Origin: Patescibacteria group bacterium
GTDB lineage: Bacteria; Patescibacteriota; Kazan-3B-28; UBA10110
Assembly (NCBI GenBank): GCA_016936175.1
Contig: JAFGPN010000016.1
Span: 1,648-65,647, forward strand
Length of the DNA: 64,000 bases
Direction: 5' to 3'
Shown here one piece after another: positions 26,759 through 35,964 of this stretch (positions within the stretch are counted from its first letter, which is position 1; each line of letters opens with the position of its first letter). The notes under the pieces were generated by a model, which was given only the letters and a program-made list of their open reading frames with translations, was not told the DNA's origin and made no database searches. A program made the translations under genes and the position numbers.

Positions 26759-28864
26759 ATGGAAAAATTTGAGACGATGCTTGGAGATTCCAAGCTAATG
26801 ATAGAAACCGGCAAACTTGCTCGGTTGGCTGCTGGTTCGGTTACTGTTCGCTTGGGCGATACGGTGGTTTTGGCTACCGCTACGATCGCTGATAAGCCAC
26901 GAGAAGGGATTGATTTCTTTCCGCTATTGATAGATTTTGAGGAGAAGATGTACGCCTCGGGCAAGATTTCTGGCAGTCGGTTTATAAAACGCGAAGGTCG
27001 GGCCTCAGAGAACGCCATCTTAACCTCGCGGTTAACCGATCGTCCCCTGCGTCCACTCTTCCCCAAAGGGTTTTACAACGATGTGCAGGTAGTCATTACC
27101 GTACTATCGGCGGATTTAGTGCATGACCCCGATGTGCTTTCGATTATTGCCGCCTCAGCCGCATTAATGCTTTCGGGCGCCCCATTCGACGGCCCGGTAG
27201 GAGCCGTGCGGGTAGGGTTAATTGATGGTGAATTAGTAGTTAACCCATCTTATGAGCAGTTAGCAAATAACAGCCAGCTTGATTTAGTGGTAGCTGGTAC
27301 CAAAGAGCGGGTGATGATGATCGAGGCCGGCGCCAAAGAGATAGATGAGGCCACAATGCTTAGGGCAATCAAATTTGCGCACGAAGCCATGCAACCCAGC
27401 ATCGAGTTGCAACATCAACTAATTAATGGCACAACCACTACCGAAAAAAGAAACTATCCTCTGCGTCAACCTAACGAAACGTTGCTCTCCAAAATGGTTA
27501 AATTTGTGGGCGATAAGGCCAGTAAAGCTATCTATCACCCAGAAAAAACAGAGCGCAATGCCAAGCTTGAAGAGCTAAAGTCTCAGGTCTGGGAGACCTT
27601 TGCCAACGAGGAAACGCCCGAAACGGAGGTAGCCGAGATATTTGCTAAGATTATTACCCAAGAGTTTCGGGCCAATCTGCTTAAAAATGATAAACGGCCA
27701 GACGGTCGCAAGTTAGAGGAGATTCGACCGATTACTTGCGAAGTGGGGCTGCTCCCCCGTCCGCACGGCTCGGCTTTGTTTACTCGTGGTGAAACCCAAG
27801 CCCTGACTACTGTCACTTTGGGTTCGGCTGGCGATGAACAGATGATCGATACGATGGATAGTGATACCACTAAGCGCTACATGCATCACTACAACTTCCC
27901 GCCGTATGCCGTTGGTGAGATTAAACCAATGCGTGGGCCTGGTCGACGTGATATCGGCCACGGTGCGCTGGCGGAACGAGCGTTAATCTCAATGATTCCG
28001 CCTAAAGATAGTTTTCCTTATACCATCCGGGTAGTGTCCGAGATTCTCTCTAGCAATGGTAGTAGCTCTATGGCTTCGGTCTGTGGTAGCACATTGTCTC
28101 TAATGGATGCTGGTGTCCCGATCAAAAAACCGGTGGCTGGTATAGCCATGGGTGTAGTAACAGATGAAGCTGGCAAATTTAAGATTCTAACCGATATCGC
28201 TGGTGTCGAAGATTTTAACGGTGATATGGATTTTAAAGTTGCGGGCACCAAAGACGGTATCACCGCTATGCAATTAGACATGAAGGTCCAGGGGTTGGGC
28301 TTTGAAGTTTTTGAGCAGGCCTTTGCCCAGGCCCACACAGGTCGCCTGCACATCTTAGAAACTATGCGGCAGTGTTTAGCCGAACCCAGGCCAGATCTCT
28401 CGATGTATGCTCCCAGAGTAACGGTGGTTAAGATTCATCCCGATCAGATTCGCGAAGTTATTGGTCCGGGAGGTAAAGTCATTAACGAGATAATTGCTAG
28501 GGCTGGCGGTAAGGGGGTTACCGAGATTAACATCGATGACGATGGTACGGTCTACGTCTCTTCCACTAACGCCAAGTATGCGGCTCAAGCTGTTGACGAA
28601 GTAAAAAATATTACCCGCGAGGTGCAGGTGGGAGAAAAATTTGTGGGTAAGGTTACCCGAATCATGGATTTTGGCGCTTTTGTCGAGCTCTTTCCAGGCA
28701 CTGAAGGCTTGGTTCACATCTCGCAACTCGCCAATCACCGGGTAGACAAAGTAACTGATATAGTAAAAGTAGGTGATACGTTGCCAGTAGTGGTGGTGGA
28801 GATCGACTCTGTTGGAAGGCTTAACCTGTCTCATAAAGCCACTCTGCCCAAAGATGCCAAATAA
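26759..28864 (+). CDS. pnp: Polyribonucleotide nucleotidyltransferase (PNPase)
   Basis: Two RNase PH-like halves (RPDGRKLEEIRP; FNGDMDFKVAGT) followed by KH and S1 modules (GKVTRIMDFGAFVEL). Confidence 0.95.
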   Translation: MEKFETMLGDSKLMIETGKLARLAAGSVTVRLGDTVVLATATIADKPREGIDFFPLLIDFEEKMYASGKISGSRFIKREGRASENAILTSRLTDRPLRPLFPKGFYNDVQVVITVLSADLVHDPDVLSIIAASAALMLSGAPFDGPVGAVRVGLIDGELVVNPSYEQLANNSQLDLVVAGTKERVMMIEAGAKEIDEATMLRAIKFAHEAMQPSIELQHQLINGTTTTEKRNYPLRQPNETLLSKMVKFVGDKASKAIYHPEKTERNAKLEELKSQVWETFANEETPETEVAEIFAKIITQEFRANLLKNDKRPDGRKLEEIRPITCEVGLLPRPHGSALFTRGETQALTTVTLGSAGDEQMIDTMDSDTTKRYMHHYNFPPYAVGEIKPMRGPGRRDIGHGALAERALISMIPPKDSFPYTIRVVSEILSSNGSSSMASVCGSTLSLMDAGVPIKKPVAGIAMGVVTDEAGKFKILTDIAGVEDFNGDMDFKVAGTKDGITAMQLDMKVQGLGFEVFEQAFAQAHTGRLHILETMRQCLAEPRPDLSMYAPRVTVVKIHPDQIREVIGPGGKVINEIIARAGGKGVTEINIDDDGTVYVSSTNAKYAAQAVDEVKNITREVQVGEKFVGKVTRIMDFGAFVELFPGTEGLVHISQLANHRVDKVTDIVKVGDTLPVVVVEIDSVGRLNLSHKATLPKDAK

Positions 28865-28887
28865 ACCGATAAGTACCCTCTATTACA

Positions 28888-29220
28888 ATGAAGTGTGCCG
28901 AATGTGGTCACCGGAATTGCGTGGAAGATAATTTTTGTATGATCTGCGCTAGCCCGCTGACTCCGACCCCGCCCTCAAAAAATCGGGTGGCTCTCCCCCC
29001 GCAGAATATTTTAGACGGCCTCGAAGACCGGGCGGTATTACGAGTAGCCAAACCGAATCCAGCTTATCCCCTATGGGCCTGGTGGACCACCGCCTTAGTA
29101 GCGGTAGCAATTGTGGTGGCCGTCTATCTGCTTTATTTCGTGGATACTTACCAGGTTGAGGCGATTAACTATGCTATCCCTACATATGACCAAACAGGAA
29201 GCAATAGCTCAGATCTCTAA
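28888..29220 (+). CDS. Zinc-ribbon protein with C-terminal TM helix (hypothetical)
   Basis: CAECGHRNCVEDNFCMIC at the N-terminus and hydrophobic WWTTALVAVAIVVAVYLLYF. Confidence 0.5.
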   Translation: MKCAECGHRNCVEDNFCMICASPLTPTPPSKNRVALPPQNILDGLEDRAVLRVAKPNPAYPLWAWWTTALVAVAIVVAVYLLYFVDTYQVEAINYAIPTYDQTGSNSSDL

Positions 29221-29809
29221 AGATATCAGAGAGCACACTTGTTCTCTGCGCGCGGGATGTATTCAGGCCGTACCGGGTGACGGTAGCCCAGATAGTGAAA
29301 TTGTTTTTATTGGCGAGGGCCCCGGCAAGGTAGAAGATGAGCAAGGTCGTCCGTTTGTTGGTCCGGCCGGTAAGGTGTTAGACAAACTGCTTTTAAGCAT
29401 TGGGATGCAACGCTCGGATGTCTACATCACTAACGTAGTTAAATGTCGCCCACCCGAGAACCGCGACCCCAGCCCTTCCGAAGTAGCCGAACATGCCGAG
29501 TTTTTAGCGCATGAACTTGAACTAATTAAACCCAAGCTCATTGTGTTACTTGGCCGTCATGCCCTCCATTGGTTTTTGCCCAACGAGCAGATTGGTAAGG
29601 TACGAGGCAGAGCCAAGCGGCAGGGCGATAAAATCTTTTTCCCGGTTTATCATCCAGCGGCGGTGCTACACAACCCGCCATTAATGAAAGATCTTCAAGA
29701 AGATTTTAACAAAATTCCCGTGCTACTTAAGAAGATCGATGAGTTACCACCAGTAGCGGCCAACGTCGAATCCGACGTAGCCCAATCAACTTTATTCGAA
29801 ATCAAATAG
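29171..29809 (+). CDS. Uracil-DNA glycosylase, family 4-like
   Basis: Motifs GEGPGKVEDEQGRPFVGPAGKVLD and VYHPAAVL. The track ORF starts at 29111, but the ATGs at 29171 or 29186 (MTKQEA...) are more plausible starts. Confidence 0.75.
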   Translation: MLSLHMTKQEAIAQISKDIREHTCSLRAGCIQAVPGDGSPDSEIVFIGEGPGKVEDEQGRPFVGPAGKVLDKLLLSIGMQRSDVYITNVVKCRPPENRDPSPSEVAEHAEFLAHELELIKPKLIVLLGRHALHWFLPNEQIGKVRGRAKRQGDKIFFPVYHPAAVLHNPPLMKDLQEDFNKIPVLLKKIDELPPVAANVESDVAQSTLFEIK

Positions 29810-29832
29810 TTTTAATTAGGTAAACAAAAAAT

Positions 29833-31608
29833 ATGAAAAAAATTCGCGAACAAAAAAGTCAACGTAGCGGCAAGGGTCGTAACCGCCCTCCCCAGCGTCA
29901 CAAAAAATATACCCCCCCACGGCGCGGAGTCAGCCCAGGGCCAGCCGCTAAGCTGGCGTTAAAGGTAATGCCTTTGGGCGGATTTGGCGAGATCGGTAAA
30001 AATATGACCCTGCTCGAATACGGCGATGATCTCATCGCCATCGATTGCGGCATGATGTTTCCCGATGAGACGATGCTTGGTATCGATTACGTTATCCCCG
30101 ATGCCACTTATCTACGCAAGAACAAGTCTAAGTTTAGAGGCATTATCATTACTCATGGGCACGAAGACCACATCGGGGCTATCCCTCACATCGTGCCGGA
30201 GTTAAGCGTGCCGGTGTACGCCAGCCCATTAGCCAAGGCCCTAATCGAGGCCCGATTGGGTGAGTACAAAGGCACCAAGCACGTTAAGATTAATGCCTAC
30301 CAGCCAGACGACGAGATTCGTTTAGGCGTGTTTAAAATTAAGTTCTTTAGGGTAAACCACAGCATACCCGATAGTTTCGGCATCATCATCGATACTCCCG
30401 AAGGAGTGGTGGTGCATACCGGTGACTTCAAGATCGATCTTACATCGCCAGATGGTTTCGTTACCGATCTGCCGAAATTGGCCGAGATTGGCCGCCGTAA
30501 ACCCCTGCTATTATTATCCGAAAGCACCAACGCCGAAACCCCCGGATACACCATCTCGGAGAAAGCCATCGGTGCCAGCTTTGACGAACTATTCGCCAAG
30601 GCCCCCGGCCGTATCATCATCGCCTCGTTTGCTTCCCGTATTGATCGGATGCAACACGCTTTCAATTCGGCGATTAAATTTGGGCGCAAAGTGGCCATCT
30701 CTGGTCGTTCGATGCAGCAATATTTTGAGGCCGCCTCAAAGTTGGGCTACATTAAATATCCCAGAGAGATTTTAGTGCCCCTTAATACTATTAGCAAAGT
30801 CCCCGATTCTAAGTTGGTAGTTTTAAGCACTGGTAGCCAGGGTCAGCAAGGTTCGTCGTTGGCTCGGATGGCTTTTAGGGAGCATACCCAGGTTAAGATC
30901 AAGCCGGGCGATACCGTGGTGCTCTCGTCCTCTCCTATCCCTGGCAACGAGCGGTCTATCTCTGCCATTATTAATAACCTGTGTCGCGAGGGTGCGGAGG
31001 TTATTCACAACAAGAATATGCAGATACACGTTACTGGCCACGCTTTTCAAGAAGAGCTTAAGACCATCTTAAGTTTGGTAAAGCCCCGCTACTTTATCCC
31101 AATCCACGGTGAGTACCATATGCGGGTAGCTCATAAAAAATTAGCCCGCGGTGTAGGTATCCCCGAACCCGATATCTTTTTGCTGGAGAACGGTGACATC
31201 GTAGAGTTTAACGAAGGCAAGGCTCGTAAACTTAAGGATACAGTTCCGGCCGGTATTGTGATGGTTGATGGCTTAGGTGTGGGTGATGTCGGTGAGATTG
31301 TGCTACGCGATAGACAGGCGATGGCCAAGGAAGGGATGTTCGTTATTATTGCCACCATCGAACGCAAGAGCGGCAAGCTCGTCAACAATCCCGACTTAAT
31401 CTCGCGAGGTTTTGTCTATATGCGCGAGCAAGAAGAACTGGTCAACCGGACCCGGATGGAGGTTAAACAGATTATTGGCCGACACAGCGGCAAAGCACCA
31501 GAGGATTGGAGTAATATTCGCCAGCAGATTCGAGAAGAGATTGGCAACTTCTTATACAGGGAGACCCAAAGGAGACCCCTGATCATCCCCGTCATCATCG
31601 AAGTCTAA
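29833..31608 (+). CDS. rnj: Ribonuclease J (metallo-beta-lactamase/beta-CASP)
   Basis: ITHGHEDHIGAIPH, beta-CASP region and C-terminal domain. It also has a basic about 45-aa N-terminal extension. Confidence 0.9.
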   Translation: MKKIREQKSQRSGKGRNRPPQRHKKYTPPRRGVSPGPAAKLALKVMPLGGFGEIGKNMTLLEYGDDLIAIDCGMMFPDETMLGIDYVIPDATYLRKNKSKFRGIIITHGHEDHIGAIPHIVPELSVPVYASPLAKALIEARLGEYKGTKHVKINAYQPDDEIRLGVFKIKFFRVNHSIPDSFGIIIDTPEGVVVHTGDFKIDLTSPDGFVTDLPKLAEIGRRKPLLLLSESTNAETPGYTISEKAIGASFDELFAKAPGRIIIASFASRIDRMQHAFNSAIKFGRKVAISGRSMQQYFEAASKLGYIKYPREILVPLNTISKVPDSKLVVLSTGSQGQQGSSLARMAFREHTQVKIKPGDTVVLSSSPIPGNERSISAIINNLCREGAEVIHNKNMQIHVTGHAFQEELKTILSLVKPRYFIPIHGEYHMRVAHKKLARGVGIPEPDIFLLENGDIVEFNEGKARKLKDTVPAGIVMVDGLGVGDVGEIVLRDRQAMAKEGMFVIIATIERKSGKLVNNPDLISRGFVYMREQEELVNRTRMEVKQIIGRHSGKAPEDWSNIRQQIREEIGNFLYRETQRRPLIIPVIIEV

Positions 31609-31660
31609 ATAAAAGTCCCAGCCAAACAGGTCAGCACGGGGGGCCAGAACTGTGATCTAA

Positions 31661-31685
31661 TAAAAAGGCGGACTTTCGTCCACCC
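31661..31685 (-). terminator. Rho-independent terminator of the 35826..31715 operon
   Basis: Minus strand reads GGTGGAC-gaaa-GTCCGCC followed by TTTTTA, 30 nt after the stop codon. Confidence 0.6.
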
Positions 31686-31714
31686 GTTGCTACCAACCAG
31701 CACTTTTTAATTAA

Positions 31715-33850
31715 TCAAGATTCCAGGAAAGCACCTAGTTCTGCCATCTGTAGGGCTGTTTCATGCCTCAGTTCAAAAACTTTTTCTTGCAGGTCAAAGA
31801 AATCTTTAATCCTCTTTATATTCTCCACATCCCCTACATTGTCAGGGTTGGTAATCTCGGATGCCAGTTGCTCCAGCTTTTTGCCGATTTCGCCATATGC
31901 ATGCGACATATTGTCGAGTTCTTCATAGGCGTCCATTGCCGAAGGGGGTATCTCGGCACCGGATTGGGCTATCTCCCCCATTTTTTGGTTAACAGCATGT
32001 TTTAATGTGCCTTCGGGTGGGGTTGCTCCGTCTGGCCACTGTCTTTGTAGCATAGCTGTCTGAATCTTGATTACATTTTGTTCAATGTCCACATCCTCTA
32101 CCTCAACCGCACCACCGCTAAGGTAGTATTCCAGCTTTAGCGCCTTAAGGTCTTTCCAAACCCCAATCTTATTATGTGTTAGCTCCTCTTCTTGATACGG
32201 GTGAGCATCTGCCAAATCTATCCCATGCGGCCGTTCATACATTCTGGCGATCTTGGCGAGCCCTTTGGCCCACCAATAAAGCGACCATGCTCGCTGTATT
32301 TTCCCCTCTCTGTTCATTAGAACATCAACAGGTATTTTCCCGACGTTTTCCACCTGTCTCTCAATCCGATCACGGTCTTCCTTTGGTTTTTTGTCCACAG
32401 CATGCTGTGCAATTTCTTTGAATATACCTACATCTTCAAGTCGAATTGGCTGGAATACCCAATCCATCAACATTGGAGATTTTTTGTCTCGTAGTACCGA
32501 CAATGCCATCGCCCCCGCCCTTCGGGAAGTTGCTCGTAATGATTCAGCGTAGGCTACATCGTTAGACCTGATTTCTGTAAAGGTTTTGGATAGGTACATC
32601 GCTTCGTCCATGTAGCGCCGCTCCAACCTATCCAACTTGGCGTGAGCGGTTGCCATGTTTTTAGCTAACGTTACTTTGGATTGGTATTTTAGCTCACCCT
32701 CGGGAGTTCCCTGCTTCTTCAACTCGGCTGTTATTTTATTTAAATCTGTTTCAATGCCTCCCAGAATCCCTCCATACTTCCCATCGGGGCTACCATTAAG
32801 CTCCGTCTGGTACATCAGCTCCCATGCCTTGTTGTAATGTTTGGTTAATTTGCGGTTAGCAAAATTAGCTTGTGGCCTAAATGTTTTTAAGATTATTCGC
32901 AATCGCTCAGCCGGCTCTAGGCGATATTTAGCCTCCATCCTTTCTTCGGGGGACAGCTCGGCCAATTTCTTTCTGAGAGTTTCTACCTCGGCCTCGACTT
33001 GGTCTTCTCGGCGTTGGTGCTGTTCGCTGGTCTCCTGCGATAGGTCCGGTTTGTATCCCTGTGGGCCGATGACGAGGGTGTTAGTTATTTTAAACCAGCT
33101 CTCCTCAGTTCCATTCAGATAGCCTATTAATTCGTCTCGGGAGATCTCTCTAAGTCCCGGGTGTTTATCGGTTGGTTGCATGTGAGTGTCGCGTACCAGA
33201 ATCTTTTTTTCTCCAGTGTCGGGGTCGGTAGCGGCATGGATTAATAATGCGTGTCTAATCACTTTGCCAGTGGTTTTTTGTTTAAAACTTATGGATACTA
33301 TTAGGCCAAATCCGCGATCAAGAAAATCTAACGCCTCTTCGGTGCTCTCGGTCTGTTTAGCAAAGTGGCGATTATCCTCTAATAACTGTTGCGCTCCCCG
33401 AGGGTTGATGCCCTTACTCTCGTCAAAGCCATGACGTGTCGCCATGTCTCTCAATGTTTCCTCAACTAACTTCACCCCATCATCTGTGTCCAAGCCCTTA
33501 ACCCCAAAGATATATTTCTTGGCATTAAGCAGACAAGCGATGACGCAACTATTCGGATGGCGCTGTTTTTCGGTAGCGCCAAAACGTTCCTCTAATGTAC
33601 GTTCTGGATTTGGTTTGACCTCTGGGGTAGCTGCTCTCTGAGCTGGTCTGGGTGGGGCTGGCTGTGGGTTTCTGGCGGCTTCGTCCACCGAACGCAGACC
33701 CAATTCGTTTAAAACCTCGTCTCGGGTTAGACCTAGGATAGGCGGCTCAGGCTGAGTTGGTTTTTTGGAGGTAGGTGTCGTTGGTTCTCCAAACACTGGC
33801 TGGAGGCCCAGCTCGCTTAAAACATCATTGGGGTCTAATGATTCGTTCAT
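31715..33850 (-). CDS. Large hypothetical protein: duplicated N-terminal (D/E)VL(S/N)ELGL motif, C39/papain-like Cys-His module, long helical C-terminal region
   Basis: 711 aa with no signal peptide or TM. Q96-x5-C102 (EKQRHPNSCVIACLL) and H200 (KVIRHALLIHAATDPD...ILVRD) match the order and spacing of C39-like cysteine peptidases by recall. The remaining about 450 aa are charged and helical. Confidence 0.5.
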   Translation of the reverse strand: MNESLDPNDVLSELGLQPVFGEPTTPTSKKPTQPEPPILGLTRDEVLNELGLRSVDEAARNPQPAPPRPAQRAATPEVKPNPERTLEERFGATEKQRHPNSCVIACLLNAKKYIFGVKGLDTDDGVKLVEETLRDMATRHGFDESKGINPRGAQQLLEDNRHFAKQTESTEEALDFLDRGFGLIVSISFKQKTTGKVIRHALLIHAATDPDTGEKKILVRDTHMQPTDKHPGLREISRDELIGYLNGTEESWFKITNTLVIGPQGYKPDLSQETSEQHQRREDQVEAEVETLRKKLAELSPEERMEAKYRLEPAERLRIILKTFRPQANFANRKLTKHYNKAWELMYQTELNGSPDGKYGGILGGIETDLNKITAELKKQGTPEGELKYQSKVTLAKNMATAHAKLDRLERRYMDEAMYLSKTFTEIRSNDVAYAESLRATSRRAGAMALSVLRDKKSPMLMDWVFQPIRLEDVGIFKEIAQHAVDKKPKEDRDRIERQVENVGKIPVDVLMNREGKIQRAWSLYWWAKGLAKIARMYERPHGIDLADAHPYQEEELTHNKIGVWKDLKALKLEYYLSGGAVEVEDVDIEQNVIKIQTAMLQRQWPDGATPPEGTLKHAVNQKMGEIAQSGAEIPPSAMDAYEELDNMSHAYGEIGKKLEQLASEITNPDNVGDVENIKRIKDFFDLQEKVFELRHETALQMAELGAFLES

Positions 33851-35826
33851 TCTGAGGTTTTCTTATCAGCTTTATATATATAAATGCTGTTGCGGGCTAT
33901 TTGCCCTCCCTTAGTTTTTTGCCATTGTCGGAACTTTTCCATCATGCCAGCATCATGATAAGCAAAAGCTGTGATCGTTTGCACTCTGCCGGTCTCATCC
34001 AACCCCATTATCATCCTGCTTCTTATTCCTTCACTCATCAACATATCGGTCGGGTCGACCCCTCGCCGTTCTAGCTGGCCAATGATCGGTCTGCCATTAA
34101 CTGTTTTACGCTCATCAATAAAGATTTCACTTCCGCCTTCGGTAGGCTGAATGAAACCGGATTGCCTAAGATCTTTAATAACAGCGCGACACTTAGCTAT
34201 ATCATTCCGTAGGCGTTTTACGACTACTTCGGGTTTGTTAATTCCAATAACATCTCTGAGTTGTTCCATAGTAAATTGTCTGTCATGCTTTTTGCCGGTC
34301 AGCATCATTAGGCGCCTGAAGGGCTCGTTATATCCCTGTCCTGGCTCGTATCTCCCCCACCAATCAGTATCTCGAATGTTACCATCTTTATCGGTGGTCC
34401 GGGCCTGCATCAAACCGAAGGCGTTAGTCACGGTTTGTTCGATATCGAATTGGTTTGGGCTATCCGGACCCGGGTAATAGTTTTTATTATCCTGAGCGTC
34501 CACAAAGTCCACGAGGTGTTTTAGTCGTACACCCTCATTATTTTCTATTGCTTTGATGTAATCGGCTGGGGCTAGTTTATCTAACTCAGCCTCAGTTAGC
34601 TCGGGTCGTGGCAATGCGCCTATGGTAACCAGCCACTCATAAACCTTAGAGGTACCACATCCAGAATTGGGATTAGAGCCCTCGCCGTGGTGCTCAAAAT
34701 AAATTCTCCCGTAGTTGGTAATTTTTTCACCTGTATCGTGCCTGGATATTCTCGATATTAGGCTATCCCGATGTGGCTGACCGGATTCTATCAAGGCAGG
34801 ATTTTTCGACTCCTCGGAAATGTCGATTACTATCCCAATCCGATCGTTCTCTTCTAAAAATTTGTATACGTCATCGTGGCCCACGTGATGCACTGGGGTA
34901 TCATCACCGATAATATTAGCTCGTTCTAATAGATGGAGTGCCATGTTACCATCTAAATCCGAATACTCTCCAATCAACTTTTTGGTTTTTGGATCCCTAC
35001 GTTCCCCTACCTTTTGAACCACTACTCCCCGTTCAGCCATTTGCTTAAGCTTTTCTAAAGCCAAGGCACGAGTTGCCTCCCATGGAATAGGAGTTGGCTC
35101 CCTCGAAGTGTCGGGGTCTCTTAAAGGAGTAACCACATGGCTATAAAAGAAATCACGCAGAGCCTCACCCTCGGGCTTTTGGGATACATATTCTTCGATT
35201 AAGCTAACCTGTTGGGTTAGCTTCTTCTCTTCCCCGTTGTCCTGCCTTAAATTAGCGCTAAACCAGCTCAAGATCTGGCGCTCTTCTTTGGACAACTCCT
35301 CTAGTGTGGAGATGGGCTTTCCCGATAGCTCGCCGGTTTTGCCTCGGCTATCTATCCTTTTTAGTTTAATAATTTGGTCGTACGCCAACTTGGCTAACTT
35401 TTCATCGGAGAGAGGTTGTTCGGCGGCAGTCTTATCGTTGCCTTGTTCTCTACTCTGTCGGATATCGACAAGTGGTATCAAAATATTATTGTTAAAGAAA
35501 TCTGCTAACTCCTTGCCGCCCCCTATTCCCTCGATTCTCATGTAGGCGTCCACTTTTGTCGCCCTGTCGCTCAGCTTTTCTCCTTCACCCAGTTGACCAT
35601 CAAACCAACCGAGTATCTCATCTTTCTCGGCATTGATGGCCTGTTGGGCCTCCGGTGTCATTGTGTTGCGGACTTGTGGTGGAGTTTCATATATCTGTTT
35701 TAATCTAGCGGCTTTCTCATTGGCCAATTCAATTAATTGGCCAACAGGTAACTCACCTTCTAGGGAAGATGGCGGGATTCCGGGGGTGGTTTCCGGCGGT
35801 AAATTGGTCGGATTTTCTAACGTCAT
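33847..35826 (-). CDS. Large hypothetical protein: duplicated about 55-aa N-terminal module plus divergent DHH/RecJ-like phosphoesterase motifs
   Basis: 659 aa with no signal peptide or TM. YSDLDGNMALHLL, IGIVIDIS and IYFEHHG parallel motifs I-III of the bona fide DHH protein at 25112..26326 (ADGDSIGSGLALHLVL / ITLDAAD / NIDHH). Its stop overlaps the start of the next gene (ATGA). Confidence 0.45.
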   Translation of the reverse strand: MTLENPTNLPPETTPGIPPSSLEGELPVGQLIELANEKAARLKQIYETPPQVRNTMTPEAQQAINAEKDEILGWFDGQLGEGEKLSDRATKVDAYMRIEGIGGGKELADFFNNNILIPLVDIRQSREQGNDKTAAEQPLSDEKLAKLAYDQIIKLKRIDSRGKTGELSGKPISTLEELSKEERQILSWFSANLRQDNGEEKKLTQQVSLIEEYVSQKPEGEALRDFFYSHVVTPLRDPDTSREPTPIPWEATRALALEKLKQMAERGVVVQKVGERRDPKTKKLIGEYSDLDGNMALHLLERANIIGDDTPVHHVGHDDVYKFLEENDRIGIVIDISEESKNPALIESGQPHRDSLISRISRHDTGEKITNYGRIYFEHHGEGSNPNSGCGTSKVYEWLVTIGALPRPELTEAELDKLAPADYIKAIENNEGVRLKHLVDFVDAQDNKNYYPGPDSPNQFDIEQTVTNAFGLMQARTTDKDGNIRDTDWWGRYEPGQGYNEPFRRLMMLTGKKHDRQFTMEQLRDVIGINKPEVVVKRLRNDIAKCRAVIKDLRQSGFIQPTEGGSEIFIDERKTVNGRPIIGQLERRGVDPTDMLMSEGIRSRMIMGLDETGRVQTITAFAYHDAGMMEKFRQWQKTKGGQIARNSIYIYKADKKTSE

Positions 35827-35925
35827 AAGGCAATTTTAGCTTCTTTTCATTATACCATAACCAATCAATTTAGTCAATACCAGAGCGGATTTTTGCCATT
35901 TTACAGGGGGAAATGCCCCCCGTGA

Positions 35926-35931
35926 TATAAT
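35926..35931 (+). promoter_or_regulatory. Candidate extended -10 (TGaTATAAT) upstream of ftsK
   Basis: cgTGATATAAT, 34 nt upstream of the ftsK ATG. Preceded by hairpin GGGGG-aaatg-CCCCC. Confidence 0.4.
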
Positions 35932-35964
35932 TAACCTGTTGCATAATAGATTTTTACCGATTAA

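Noticed and set aside
29111-29170. Upstream extension of the UDG ORF (track start 29111)
   Set aside because: It overlaps the C-terminal TM region of the preceding gene by 110 nt. Family-4 UDG homology begins after the Met at 29171/29186.
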